Shown piece by piece: positions 24,977 through 38,384 of a stretch of 64,000 bases of DNA. The DNA lies in NCBI RefSeq assembly GCF_009914755.1, contig NC_060933.1, one strand, 5' to 3'. The position numbers were made by a program, and so were the translations under genes. The notes under the pieces are model-generated. The model had not been told where the DNA came from. It saw only the letters and a list, made by a program, of their open reading frames with translations, and did no database searches. Position 1 is the first letter of the stretch, and every line of letters begins with the position of its first letter. Source of the stretch: the human T2T-CHM13v2.0 reference genome, Homo sapiens.

Positions 24977-25342
24977 AATACTATGAACAGTTCTATGCCC
25001 AAAAATCTGATAACTTAGATGAAATAGACCAATATTTTGAAGGATGCAATCTAGAAAAACTCACACAAGAAGAAATAGACAATCTGAATAGGCTTATATT
25101 TATTAAAGAAATTGAATCAATAATTAATAACCTTCTAAAACAGAAAGTACCAGGCCCAGATGAGTTCATTGGTGAATTCCACCAACACTTCAGGAAGAAA
25201 CTATACCAATTCCCTTATAAGCTCTTTCAGAAGATAGATGAAAAGGGAATACTTTCTAACTCATTCGATGACGCTAGCATTATCCTAGTACCAAAAGCAG
25301 AAAAAGACATTACAAGAAAAGAAAACTACAGACAAATATCTA
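24977..25342 (+). mobile_element. Internal L1 ORF2 fragment, opposite in orientation to the host L1
   Basis: Translates in pieces as YYEQFYAQKSDNLDEID..LTQEEIDNLNR..PGPDEFIGEF..LFQKI..LVPKAEKDITRKENYRQIS. Confidence 0.88.
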
Positions 25343-25393
25343 TCAGTAAATTTGGGGAGCTTCCAGACACTAGTTCTTCAGAAAAAAAAAAAA

Positions 25394-25622
25394 TTGAGAC
25401 AGGGTCTCGCTCTTTCACCCAGGCTGGAGTGCAGTGGCACGATCATAGCTTACTGTAGTGCAGAAATCCCGAGCTTAAAAAAATCTTCCACCTCAGCCTT
25501 CTGAATAGCTGGGACTACAGGTGCACATCACCACACCCAGCTATTTTTTTTAACAGAGGTGAAGTCTCACTAGGTTGCCCAGGCTGGTCTCAAACTCCTG
25601 AGCTCAAGTGATCTTCCCACTT
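25394..25622 (-). mobile_element. AluJ (5'-truncated)
   Basis: gagacagggtctcgctct..ggctggtctcaaactcctgagctcaagtgatc. Confidence 0.85.
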
Positions 25623-25990
25623 AATCTTCAAGATTTTTCTGCTCCTTTCTCTCCTTTCCTTCTGATACTTCCATTACATGTATGTTGGTGCACTTAATGG
25701 TGTCTCACATTTTCTGAAGTGCTCTTCACTTTTCATTATTCCTTCTTCTGTTCTTCAGCTTGCATAGTCTCTATTGATCTATCTTCAATTTCACATATTC
25801 TTTCTTCTGCCAGTTCAAATCTACTTTTGAGCCCCTTTAGTGAATATTTCATTTCAATTATTGTACTTTTCAAATCCAGAATTTCCATTTGATTATTCTG
25901 TCTCTCTGTTGGCATTCTCTATTTGATGGAACATGGTCATCATCCCTTCTTTTAGCTCTGTGAACATGCTTATAACAGGTTTTTTGAGGG

Positions 25991-26142
25991 TTTTTTTTTT
26001 TTCTTTTTTTTGACAGGGTCTCACTTTGTCACCCAGGCTAGAGCACAGTGGTGTGATAGATGCCTAGCCTCACTCTCCTGGGCTCAAGCAATCCTCCCAC
26101 CTCAACCCCTCAAAGTGCTGAGATTACAGGCACACTCAGCCT
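25991..26142 (-). mobile_element. AluJ remnant with large internal deletion
   Basis: Right-arm start joined to the left-arm end (ctcctgggctcaagcaatcctcccacctca..caaagtgctgagattacagg). Confidence 0.75.
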
Positions 26143-26374
26143 ATGTCTTATCATTCTTAAAGTTAGTTTCTTTCTCTGCTTTTTTTCAGGTGTATGGATC
26201 ATATTATACTTTCTTGTTTGTTTGCATGCCTTGTAATTTTTTGTGAGAAACTGGACATTTTAGATAATATATTCTACTGACTCTGGATATTGGTCTTTCC
26301 CTCCTTCAGGACTTGTTATTGTTATTTGCTTATTGATTGTTTTTAGTGACTGCCTGGTTTATTTTCATGAAGTA

Positions 26375-26814
26375 AAGTTGACACTTGAACAAAGTAGGGG
26401 TTATGGGCATTGACTGCCTATGCAGTAAAATAATTGTGTATAACTTTTGATGCCCCAGAACTTTACTAATAGCCTACTGTTGACCAGAAGGAGCCTCACT
26501 GATAACACAGCTAGTCAATTAACATATATTTTGTGTGTTATATGTATTATATACTGTACTCTTTCAGTAAAATAAGTTACAGAAAAGAGCATATTATTAA
26601 GAAAATCCTAAGGAAGAGAAAATACATTTACTATTCATTAGGTGGAAGTAGATCATCATAAAGATCTTTATCCACAACATCTGCATGTAGAGTATGCTGC
26701 AGAGGAGGGAGAAGAATAGGGGTCAGTCTTGTCTCAAGGTTGGCAGTGGTGGAAAAAAATTCATGTATAGGTGGATTCACGCAGTTCAAACCTGTGTTGT
26801 CCAAAGGTCAACTG
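26375..26814 (-). mobile_element. Tigger2a (MER28) MITE
   Basis: TIRs (c/a)agttgacacttgaaca ... tgtccaaaggtcaactg, flanked by TA; about 440 bp. Confidence 0.85.
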
Positions 26815-28054
26815 TATATTTTCCCTCCCAAAGCGTTAAGCCTCTCATATTGCTCCCTAAAGAGGTTCAGCTTTGCATATGCCCACAGTCGTGCTGGGAT
26901 GACAGTGGTTTTGCTAGGGCTCTCTGGCACTTCCCTAACCACATCCAGCTGTTAAGCTCCATTAATTGGTGGCCAATTGCCCTATTGTTTTCAACAATAT
27001 CCTGGGGCATAAAGTGTTCCACAAACTAACCCCATTAAACTGTGGCTCCTTTGAAAGAATAGTTTCTGAGGTCAGTGTTTGATATTTGTTCTGACCCCCA
27101 GAAGGGTTCCTTCCCAGTGGTTTATTCTGGGTTCTCTCCTGCAAACTAGCCTCTCCCAATTGCCCTTCACCACAACCTCCACTGTGTTTTCAGAGCATAC
27201 TTAGGCTTAATTTTCTCCAAGCTCTGTTGAAAATGAAGTCAGTTCCCTTGGGAAGAGATTAAGAATTACCTTTTTTTCTCTGAACTGCTTCTTCTCCCCT
27301 ACCTTGCAACAAAATATCTGAACCAGAGCTCTGGAGCTGGGGGTAGAAACAATGGTAAGCTTTTCTCTGAGTGACACCCCCTGCCTAGGGGCTGGGTGCT
27401 TGGTGGAGGAGTTGGGGATAGCCAGTGGTCTTCTTAACTTGAGCCTTCTGGCATGGAAACACCACCTCAAGAGCCAGGGCAAAAGTGACCAGGGCCACAG
27501 TCTTCTCAGCATGTCACACCCAAGGTAGAGTCTCCTTCCATGAGTAGCAGGTAGGGGTGGCAGCCCCCACCTCTCAACTGCATTCATCTGAGACAGCCTC
27601 AGCAACAGGGAGCTGGGGGCAGGATGAAGGACACTGCCATCCTACTCCTCCCTGGAAGGAGGCCCTCTGTGCTGGGAGGAGAGGAGACCTGTGTTTCAGC
27701 AGTAGCTGTCTGGAGGGAAATTGCCACCGTGCTGAGCTGGGAGTGGGGAGGAAAGAAGTGGTCTTGTTTCAAATCCCACAGATTCACCTCTTCTACCAAA
27801 TTAGTACATTTTCTTGAATACAGGTTCCTTCCTTTGCTGTTTTTCCTTGGGACTATTTCCAGAAGCCTTAAATGGCTGTTTTTACCAGTTTACCTGGAGG
27901 AGTGGGTCAGGCGGCTCCTCATACTGTCATGCTAGAAACTGATCTTATTCTGAGTAGTTTTGAGTAAGTAGCTATTATCAATACCACTTTGTATAAGTAA
28001 CAAAGACATAGCTTTCTAGCATAGCTTTCTTCATGGTGATATAGGAGACTAGAA

Positions 28055-28467
28055 ATGAGGTGTTGAAGTCCTAACCCCAGTACCCATGAACAAGGCCTTA
28101 TTTGGAAACAGAGTCTGCAGATGCCATCAAGCGAAGAAGATATACTAGCATGCCTAATCCATTTACTGCTGCCCTTATGAGAAGAGGAAAATGTAAACAC
28201 AGACAGACACATAGTGAGGAGGCCGCATGATGACTGAGACTGGAATGATGCGACGACAAGCCAAGGAAGCCACGGATTGCTGGAAACCACCAGAAACTGG
28301 GAGAGACAAAGAAGAGTTCTCTCCAACAGACTTCAGAGAGAGTATGGCACTGCTGACATCTTGATTTCACACTTGTGGCCTCCAGAACTGTAAAATGGTA
28401 GATTTTTATTGTTGTAAGCCACCCAGCTTGTGACACTTTGTTATGGCAGCCCTAAAAAACGAATACA
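28055..28467 (+). mobile_element. MLT1C-like LTR
   Basis: tgttgaagtcctaacccc..ccttatttggaaa..caagccaaggaa..ggcctccagaactg..ttgttatggcagcccta..aataca. Confidence 0.88.
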
Positions 28468-29420
28468 GGGGCCATTTGGTAGCATCGTCTGGTGGGTGGC
28501 TGGCTTGAAAGGAGTTTCCAGAAAGCCATCTGGAAGGGTCACCCCCATTCTGTTTCCCATTTAACATCGTTCCTTCTCCTTTTTTGTTGCACAATCTGGT
28601 TCTATGGGGAGATTACATTTCCATAAACTACTTTATCAGTTACTTCTTGAATTTGGGGAATTCTTGGTTTCTAAAAACTTCTTTTTTAAAATACATTTTA
28701 ACTACCATACACAAAAATGTACAATAACCCCATCTCACTGTTTAACAAGGCAATAATTAGTCCCCAAGTTGGCATATCTTCCAAGTCCCTTATTCGAATT
28801 CTCTTTGCTTTGGTGACTGGGTTACTGCCCTATAAAACAGCCCAGCAGTGCTAAGAGCTGCAGGGTGGGGGCCAGCCAGAAGTCAGATTAACCAACACCT
28901 TTTTCCCCCATATTTGGCATATTTTTATTCTTGGCAACAGTATATAAAACACACCGTTTGCAACATTTATATTTTTCCTAACACCTAATAATTTACTCTT
29001 TTATGGTGTAAAATCTGTTGCTACAGACCTTTTTTCAATTTATTTCTCACATCTCTGTGTCTCTCTATAATATGACTAATCCCAAGACCCAGTGAAATTT
29101 AAGGTGCCTGCACCGATGCACATAATGGTGATGAGAAAGTTTCCGATCAAAGGCAGTGATGGAGTGTCTTAAACAACTAACAATAGCTGCTGCAGCTTAA
29201 AGACATCTCCGAATGCTACTTGGAAGTGATGATTATATAATGCTGAGCACTCAAAGGTCTGAGGAAACTCTGACTCATTTTGCACTGCTAAGGATGTTGG
29301 ACTGCAAGAAGAAGTATAAGAAAAAAAGGGGGGGAGGGGAGAAGGGAGGGGAGGATGCCCCCAAAGATTGACTATTTAGAAGACCATTCGCACTTCTGCT
29401 CCATATCTGCTGTACTTCTC

Positions 29421-29752
29421 TTTTGTTATTTTGTTTTTTGGTTTTTTTGTTTGTTTGTTGTTTTTGGAGACAGGGCTTCACTCCATTGCCCAGGCAAGAG
29501 TACAGTGATGCAATCACAGCTGACTGCATCTTCAACTTCCCAGGCTCAAGTGATCCTCCCGCCTCAGCCTCCTTAGTAGCTGGGACCACAGGCACATGCC
29601 ACCACACCTGGATAATTTTTTAAAGATTTTTTTTGCAGAGACAGGGTCTCGTCATGTTGCCCAGCCTGTTCTCCAACTCCTGGCCTCAAGTGATCCTCCT
29701 GCCTCGGCTTCCCAAAGTGCTGGGATTACAGGTGTGAGCAACCGTGCCCACC
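29421..29752 (-). mobile_element. AluJ
   Basis: Full dimer; TSD tctgctgtacttct / tctcctgtacttct. Confidence 0.92.
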
Positions 29753-29800
29753 TCTCCTGTACTTCTTAGGGGAATGGGCAACATGCACACAAGGAAAAAT

Positions 29801-29977
29801 GACGTCCAAAGAAAAGGCAAAACCTGACAGTAAAATGAGTGCTCTAGATGCCCAAGAGTGACATCCAAAGAAAAGGCAAAACCTGACAGTGAAATGAGTG
29901 CTCTAGACGCCCAAGAGCGACGTCCAAAGAAAAGGCAAAACCTGACAGTGAAATGAGTGCTGTAGATGCCCAAGAGC
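29801..29977. repeat. Tandem repeat, 3 x 59 bp
   Basis: Unit gacgtccaaagaaaaggcaaaacctgacagt(a/g)aaatgagtgctctagatgcccaagag(t/c), near-identical copies. Confidence 0.97.
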
Positions 29978-32055
29978 ATGCAAGGTGCTCACACACCGTG
30001 CAAGGTGTGTGAGACTCTGTGTGTGTGTACTTCACTGTATGTTGTCTGTGTGTGTTTATCACTAGCATTTGAGCATGGCTAGAAGGCGCAGAGTCTTCTC
30101 ATCCAACTTCTTTCTCAGGATCACCACCCTGGCTTTCCCTACCCCTTCCTTTTCCACCTAGTCTGTGGCAACATAGAGCACCCCTTAGTTAGTAACCTAT
30201 CAGACTCTCCCTCAGTGCCATTCAGCCACCAATTTTGGTCCTATGACTTACAAATCTAAGAAAACATGTTCTAATATGTCTCCATGGGACTTGCATGGCT
30301 TTGATTTGTAAAAATTATCGTTTGTGTTTCCTTGGGCATGCATCCAGAACCGGGACACCCTGCCAGGGGTAAGATTTCCACTTCCCATTATTCTTCCACC
30401 GTGTCCCTCTTCTGTTAGAGTCTTGGAGGCCTAAACCCATAATGGGTTGAAATTCTCCTCTGATTCCTAAAAGGCTAAGAACAACCTGGAATATTTTGTA
30501 GATAACATGGAAGAAAGACCTTGACTATTTTGTAGATAATATGGAAGCTTAGTTTTTGTTTTGTTTTGTTTTTTAATTATCTGGCAATGGTGGACAAGAC
30601 TGATTAAAGTGAGAAGAAGAAACTGGAGGCAGACAGAAGAATGTGGAGGAGCCTGTGGCTGTAACCGGAGCAGGGAGCAGGAACAGCACGAACGAAGTCA
30701 GCCTGTGGAAGCAGAAAGTGAGGGGAATTCTGCACAGAGACAACCGTCAAGTCTGTGCCTGCTGGACATTGGGAGCCACAGAGAGGCAGGAGCAGGCGAC
30801 AGCGTGGAGCTGCGAGCCTGGCCAGCAGAAAGCGAATTGAAAAATGTTCCTAAAGGTGACATAAGCTTGCATTTGAAAAGCACCTCCGAAAGCTTCCCAG
30901 CCTCAAAGCCAGAATCGCCTTCTGATGCAGTTAGGCACCACAAGAGCTTCCCCACAAGAGCTTAGTGTCCGTTTCAGCAGTGTCCATTTCTTAGCCACAA
31001 GAGCTAAGCATGTGTTTCAAAGCCCTGGAGGGATGTAAGCAGCACAATCGGGTGACTCTAAGGTCAGCCCTTTGGGAACCAGGAAAGACACCCACGTATT
31101 TGTTTCTTTGGCAGCAGCCTCTCTCCCCAGGTTCTGGGTAAGCGCCATAGCAGAAGCTCAGGGCACCCTGACTTCTCGATGTGGAGAAGGTGTCCACCTC
31201 TTCTCCCAGACATGTCTTGAGCAGACAGACAAGGCCCCCTGTTTCACAAAGTGGATTTCATGGCAGTGACATAAATAAAGAGCCTGAGGATGGGATTGTG
31301 CTACTTGCCAAACTTCAGTCCTGTCTCTTTGCTGCGCGTGATAATCTGCCCTTCCTGCTAGACCTGCTTAGGTCAGACTTGGAAGTGAGAAATGAATGGA
31401 GAACGCCCGTTTCCCAGCCACCTCGCGCTCCTGCCTTTTTTGCCCACCTTCTGTCCTGGATTCCTTTCCCTTCTCTAGATTCAAGAATCAAGAGTTGATT
31501 CAGGTCCCAGTGAAAATAACGCAGGGAGAAGCAGGCAGTCACTGTGAACTGGCTGAAATAATTGACCAGGAATTTGCATTTGGGCACAGGCTCTCTTTGG
31601 GATCTCCATCTTGTACGGTTCTCTACCCTACCCACACCCTGCACCACTGGACTGGCCTAGAAGTTCTTTTCTTAGTCGTGCTACATGTCATCAAAACTGA
31701 ACAAAGGAGTAAGACACTGGGGAAAATACCTCTTTGTTGCCTCCCGGCACCCCCTTCCTCATCTGACCAAAATGTTACCTTTACCTGCCAATGTTGGTCA
31801 GCCAGACACCTGAATGGGAATTTAAGTATGAAATTCAGAGCCTTCTGATTAAACCAGTAAAGTCTAAACAAGTCACAGACTCAAAAGACAGCTAAGCTCT
31901 CCACCGTGCCAGCCGAGTAGGCAACATGGGAGGTGGCCACTCAAATGAATGTGCCTCACCTATGCCAGACTAGACAATGCCTTGAACACCAGCATCCCAG
32001 GGGAATAATAGGCCCTTGGTACATACATAGTCAGCCTTAAAAATGAACTTTCCCT

Positions 32056-32193
32056 GCCGGACAATGGTGGCTCACACCTGTAATCCCAGCACTTTGGGAT
32101 TTGCGAAAGCAGGAGGATCACTTGAGGCCAGGAGTTGACAAGCCTGGGCAATATAGAGAGACCTTGTCTCTATAAAAAAAAAATTAAAAATTA
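32056..32193 (+). mobile_element. FLAM_C-like Alu monomer
   Basis: Left arm only, followed by an A-rich tail. Confidence 0.8.
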
Positions 32194-32856
32194 TAAAATT
32201 ATAAATTATTTTTAAAAATGATTACGTTTTCCACTGCCAGTTAAATGAAATGCTTAGCCTTACCTGTTTCCTTTCCCTTCTTAAAATGCAAGTGCCTTTA
32301 GGAAAATGACTACTTATCTAAATCTTTCTCACTTTAGTGTGAAATAATTTGTTAGATAACTTTCCAATATGATTGCCAGCCAAGAACAGGCCCCAAGAGG
32401 ACAAGGCAGAGGACAAGGAGATTGACTGCAAGCAGGGAAACAAGCATAGATGACAGTGAGGTCATCCTACAGAACCTGCTGCCTGGGACGCCACCAATGG
32501 CACTCTCAGTGGACACTCACACCATCATTGGTCCTTGCTGCCCTCCGCTGGGAGCCTGTCTCCACTGTCACCTCCATGAGTTCTCTATGTCACTTCTTCA
32601 GGAGCCCACCATCTGAATGGGAGGACCTGGCAGAACTGGCTCCACTTCCTGTCCCCACTTCCAGAAGACAGGTGGTTAGAAGATTCATCTGCACACAGTG
32701 GGAAACAGGGCCAGACCCCCGCAGATCTTGGCATTTCCTCCAAAGAGACAGGCTGCCCAGTGTGGCTGCAAAACACAGCAAATGTCCCCTAGAGTAGGTA
32801 AAATTGGAGAACGTATTAGAGTCCTTGGGCCTCAGGCATATTAAATCTTTTTACAT

Positions 32857-33131
32857 GGCTGGGCGAGGTGACTCATGCTTATAATCCCAGCACTTCAGGA
32901 GGCCAAGGCAGGAGGATCTCTTAAGCCCAGAAGTTTGAGATCAGCCTGGGCAACATACAAAAGATGAAAAAATTAGCTGGGCATGGTGGCACACACCTGT
33001 AATCCCAGCTCCTTCAGAGGCTGAGATCAGTTGAGCCTGGGAAGTCGAGGCTGCAGTGAGCTGTGATCGCACACTGCACTCACTCCAGCCTGGGTGACAG
33101 AGGGAGGCCCTGTCTAAAATAAATAAATAAA
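32857..33131 (+). mobile_element. AluJ
   Basis: Dimer with small deletions, (AAAT)n tail, TSD atctttttac. Confidence 0.9.
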
Positions 33132-33139
33132 TCTATCTT

Positions 33140-33310
33140 TTTACTTGTTAGTTCATTTAATTTGCACAGCTCTGGGGAGAGTTCATTACCTCCAGCTTTA
33201 TGGATCTCCAAGACTAAAGAGATGGAGTAACTTGCTCAAGGTCCCACAGTTAGAAGGCCATGAACAGAGATTCCAGGGTGTAGCTGGTGGCTCCAAAGCC
33301 CATGCCCTTC
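33140..33310 (-). mobile_element. MIR
   Basis: tcatttaat..agtaacttgctcaaggtcccacagtta..ggctccaaagcccatgc. Confidence 0.6.
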
Positions 33311-33387
33311 CCAGCCAGCTTCCCCTGGCATCTGAGGGGTGGCCTGGGCATCAGGTGTCTGTCTATAGAGGAGGGTCTTGGAGACGG

Positions 33388-34078
33388 TGTCTTAGTGGGT
33401 GATGGTTGCCATAACAAACTACCACAGCCTGGGTGGCTGCCGCAGAACTTATTTTCTCACATGCCTGGAGCTTTGCCGAGATCAAGGTGTTGGCAGGATT
33501 GATTTTTTTCTGATGCCTGTCTCCTTGACTGGCAGAGGGCCGTCTTCTCCCTGTGTCTTTGCATGGTCTTTCCTCTGCACATGTCTGCGTCCTAGTTCCC
33601 TTTTCTTACAAGGACATCCATCATATTGGATCAGGACCCACCCTAATGACCTCATTAACATAATTGCCTCTTTAAAGGCCTTATCTCCAAATACAGTCTT
33701 ATTCTGAAGTACTAAAGGGTTAGGATTTGTTTTTGTCTTTGTTTTTGTTTTTGTTTTGAGACAGAGTCTCACTCTGTCACCCAGCCTGGAATGCGGTGGC
33801 ACAATCACAGCTCATTGTAGCCTCCAACTCCTGGGCTCGAGCAATCCTCCTGCCTCAGCCTCCTGAGTAGCTGGGACTACAGGCATCCACCACCATGCCT
33901 GGCTAATTTCTTTTATTGTGGACATGGGGTCTCACTGTGTTGCCCAGGCTGGTCTTGAACCCCTGGCCTCAAGCAATCCTCTCACCTCTCAAAGTGCAGG
34001 GATGACAGATGTGAGCCATCACACCAGGACTTTAACGCAGGAATCAGGAGCAGCTGGAGGACAATTCATCCCGAAACG
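33388..34078 (-). mobile_element. MLT1 (A/B-like) LTR interrupted by AluJ
   Basis: tgtcttagt..gccataacaaa..accacag.ctgggtggct..atcaaggtgttggcagg..cccaccctaatgacctcatt..tatctccaaatacagtc. Confidence 0.85.
33726..34026 (-). mobile_element. AluJ
   Basis: (TTTTTG)n tail plus J-type dimer. Confidence 0.9.
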
Positions 34079-34419
34079 GAAGGGACACCAGTCAGGGAAT
34101 TATTTCTGACAGGAGATGATAGGGAGAGCAGTGATGAGGCCCAAACAGATAAGCCCTGCGCCCCCACTTCCCAGGTCTGATGAATGATGCCCCACCTGCC
34201 TTCACCTTCATCCAGACTACTGCTGGTTTAGTCTTTATTTTCAGCCTCGTTAACCCCAAGGCAAGGGTGTCATTTTTCGATTCTCAATGTAACTTCTCTG
34301 CTCCGGGTTAAATTATCCTTCAATCAATGGTGTTTTTGCCCATTTTGCATAGCAAGATTCCGTGTAGTTCTGGCCTCTAAACTGCCAGACCTATGCTGGG
34401 ACACCCATGCATGAAGGCC

Positions 34420-34738
34420 TGCTATCAACTGAATTGCATCCTCCCTAAACTCATATGTTGACACCCTAACCCCCAAAGTGATGGTGTTTGGGAGATAATC
34501 AGGTTTAGATTTGAAGCTCGTGGTGGAAGAGAAGCTAGAGAGCTTTCCTTTGCCTTCTGTTCTCCTACGAGGACACAGCCAGAAGGCAGCCGTTTACCAG
34601 TCAGAAAGAGAGCCCTCACCAGAAACTGACCATGCTGGCACCCTCATCTTTCACTTCCAGCCTCCAGAACTCTGAGAAAATTAATTTCTGTTGTTTAAGC
34701 CACCAGTCCAGGATATTTTGTTATGAAGCGACTATGAC
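34420..34738 (+). mobile_element. MLT1A0-like LTR
   Basis: gctat..actgaattg..tcatatgttga..ccctaacccc..gagccctcaccagaa..cttccagcctccagaact. Confidence 0.82.
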
Positions 34739-34844
34739 AGGGAGGGGAGCTGTTCCACCCCTGCTGCCTCAGCCTGCATGGCTGTCCCTGTCCCCACCTC
34801 CTCATCTTTCTATCTTCTTGCCTCTTCCCTTCCCCATCTCTCCT

Positions 34845-35555
34845 GTGAATTAGCTCCTTAGGGCTGCCATAACAAAAGTACCACAAATGTGGCAGCTTAA
34901 AACAAGAGAACTAACATGGTGAAACCACGTCTCTACTAAAAATACAAAAAAAAAAAAAAAAAAAAAAAAAGCCGAGTGTGTTGGCGGGCACCTGTAGTCC
35001 CAGCTCCATGGAAGGCTGAGGCAGGAGAATGGTGAACCCGGGAGGCGGAGCTTGCGGTGAGCCGAGATCGCACCACTGCACTCCAGCCTGGGCGACAGAG
35101 CGAGACTCCATCTAAAACAAAAAACAAAAAACCACCACCACCAACAACAAAAAACAAACAAGAGAAACTTCCTCTCTCACAGTTTTGGAGACCAAAAGTC
35201 CAAAATCAATGTGTTGGCAGGGCCACGATCTCTCTGAAGGTTCTGGGGGGGATCCCTCCCTTGCCTCTTCCAACTTGTGGTGCTTCCTGGCATTTCTTAG
35301 CTGTGACAGCATCACTCCCATCTCTGAGTCCAAGTTCACACGGCTTTCTTCCCTCTGTGTCTCTCTGTGTCTCAAATCTTCTCCTTTCTCTTGCAAAAAT
35401 ATCTACTAGTCAATGGACTTAGGTCCCACCCTAAATCCAGGATGATCTCATCTTGAGACCTTTAACTAGATCATATCTGCAAAAATCTCATTTCCAAATA
35501 AGGTCACATTTGCAAGGACCGGGGTAAGGACTTGGAGCTATCTTTTCGGGGACAC
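34845..35555 (-). mobile_element. MLT1C-like LTR interrupted by AluY
   Basis: ttag.tccttagggctgccataacaaa..ctctcacagttttggag..atccaggatgatctcatcttgaga..atttccaaataaggtcacatt. Confidence 0.85.
34911..35160 (+). mobile_element. 5'-truncated AluY
   Basis: ggagaatggtgaacccgggaggcggagcttgc (Y-type); TSD aaacaagagaa. Confidence 0.9.
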
Positions 35556-37774
35556 TTTTCTACCCTCCACACCCACTTACCCTTTCCCCACCACACCTCA
35601 TCTTCCTTCCTCCACATCCTGGAGCTCACTCTGCTGTCCTGTCCTTCGCCTGCAGGCTTTGACCCAGGGCTGGATGGGAGCTGGAGCAGGAGGCCCAGGC
35701 ATTGCATCTGGTCTCCACAACAAGACGCTCAGTACCTACGAGTCCAACTTTCAGTCTCCAAGTGTGAGCATACAGAGCAATCTCACAAAGAACCTTCTCA
35801 CTGGGAAGGAAATGGCTTACACATTAACATGAGTGCACTTAGACAAAGAATAGCTGGCAATGTTGCAATGCTGGAGACAAGTCCCAGCAGCCAGTTGTGC
35901 CTTGTTAGAGACTCATTGATTTTGGGTGGCCTGGATTCCATTGTCACCAATGATATGATCATATGGGCCATGTTCCAAATGCCTCTGGCTGTGTTCAGAG
36001 GATGAGAAGGGGGAGAGTTAAACAAACCCCCATGCAGAATCTGAAGGCTTTATTCATCCACCCTGGCACTGCTTTGCCCACTGAATAAAACATTCTGTAC
36101 CCAGGGGCAAGCCCAGGCCCCAGCTGGTACCGTTCCCAATGTCCCACAGGCTTCCAGGCTGCCCTTCAGCACAGACTCCTCCAGAACACTGTGCTCAGGG
36201 GCCGCCAAGGTTCCAGCTCCAAGATGCAAACTCTGCCCCAATTGCCAAGGGAGTGGCTGTCTTTGCAGGGCATTGTCTGTGAGTCCTTGATCCCTGTCTT
36301 CACTAATGGCAATCCCAGGAAACTGCCTGTGAATAAAAGCCTTCTCAGCCCTGGGGAAGAAACAGGCACAGCTGGCTCAAATTGTCCAGCTGAAGACAGA
36401 GCTCAGCCTGGAAGGGACACAGCTCAGTTACCACCGTGCCAGGCAGCTCTTCCTTTTATATAAACATTTGAGGGCAGGGTTCTCAAGCCCCGCTGCCCCC
36501 TAGTCCTACCTTTTCTCCATTGTGACCACAGAGGGTTTTGTTGTTGTTGTTGTCATTGTTTCTTGGGGGGTTTTTTTGTTTGTTTTTTGTTGTGTCTTGT
36601 TTTCTTTTTGAGGCAAAGGGATAACTCTTTCAGAGGGGCACCTGGAACTGTCTGGTGTGGAAGCTTTTCCTCATTCGGCACAATTTCAAACTTGCGAGCT
36701 TTCACAAAGGCGTGGGTGACTGTTTTACTCCTTGATAAAAGTCTGGCATATTCAGAGTTACTGAGACCCAGGAGCGGTATCTAATACTTTGGAAACTAGC
36801 AAGGGTTGCTTTATTTCCCATTCTTGATTCTACATTGAAAGTGGGGGATCTTGTTATGCAGATCCTAACACTCTGCCCCTCCCCAAATCCAAATGAAAGG
36901 CAAGGTCATTTCACTGGAAATGTGGTAAGCAGTTAGCAGACAATGGGATTGTCCCCAGTGCGGGGTGAGGGTGGATAAGAAACACACAGGTGGGACGGTT
37001 AACAACATCAGGAGCTGTGGCTTTATGGAAATTTATGTAAGCATGATGAATTGCACACAGCCATTTGTCTCTATTCCCTCCTAACCCTCCATGAAAGTGA
37101 CAGGAAAGGGACAAAAAGACATTGGCGCACAAAAGCGAAGAGAACATGAAAGGAGTCACAGCAGAGAGAGGTCAACTGAATGACTGCAAGAGGAAGTCAG
37201 ATCTAGCAGTGAGTAAGTGAACAGACCACAGGATGCAGAAAGCTAGCACTTCAAGGGCTGGGGCAGGAGCTGCTGGGCAGATTCACAACGCAGAACCCAG
37301 GGAGTCTTGGGAAGTGGAAGCATAGGGCATTGCTCATGGGGAATATCCCAGTGGGCTAAAAATGAGAGGATTAATTGAAAATCTATAAAAGAAGAAGTCA
37401 GAGATTCCCTTGCTTACCTCACTCAGGACTGGGACCACCCCTCCCTCATCCAGAAGAAGACAAGTGGATGGGGGGAGTTGTTGTCACTTTCTAGAGAAGA
37501 CAAAGGAAAGGGAGTCCAGGCTCAGGACCCAGGTCTAGGTGAAAACAGTGGAGTGTAATAAAAATCAAGCCCTGTGGCATCCCCTTTCCTCACTTGGCTG
37601 TGAACTAGGCCAGGCTCAGGAAATTAGAGAATTCTTCTCTGGGGAAACTCATCAATCCCAGAGATAGGATTTGCAGATAATAATGTTTAAGAGTTCCTCA
37701 ACAAAATAGCCAGTTTCCTTCTGGGAAGTCCTACTGAAAGAGAAACCTTTGCATGCAGAGTTTCCAATAACCTA

Positions 37775-38092
<318 letters not shown>

Positions 38093-38384
38093 CCAATCAT
38101 CTTTTTAGTCTAGCCATTTGCCCTTTAAATATGAATGGACTCAGGAGTAGCAGATATTTGAGGAAAGTCTTTACGAAAGAAAGAAAAAAACATAATAAAG
38201 GAATGAGAGGTAATATAGAGAACAAGATACCTTTATAAAATTTGTAATTTATTTTTTAGTGAAAAAGGGAGATGTTGCATCCATAAAACAAGATCAAGGT
38301 GCCATATTAAGAGGAACACATAAAAATGATAACATGAAATTTTAAAACTTTCTCATAAAAGTTGGAAGATAAAGAGGATCTCTG

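Noticed and set aside
29801-29977. CRISPR-like array
   Set aside because: Units are contiguous with no unique spacers, the context is eukaryotic, and there are no cas genes.
31396-31848. 150-aa ORF with a possible acceptor at about 31479
   Set aside because: No recognisable homology and no convincing donor; not enough to call an exon.
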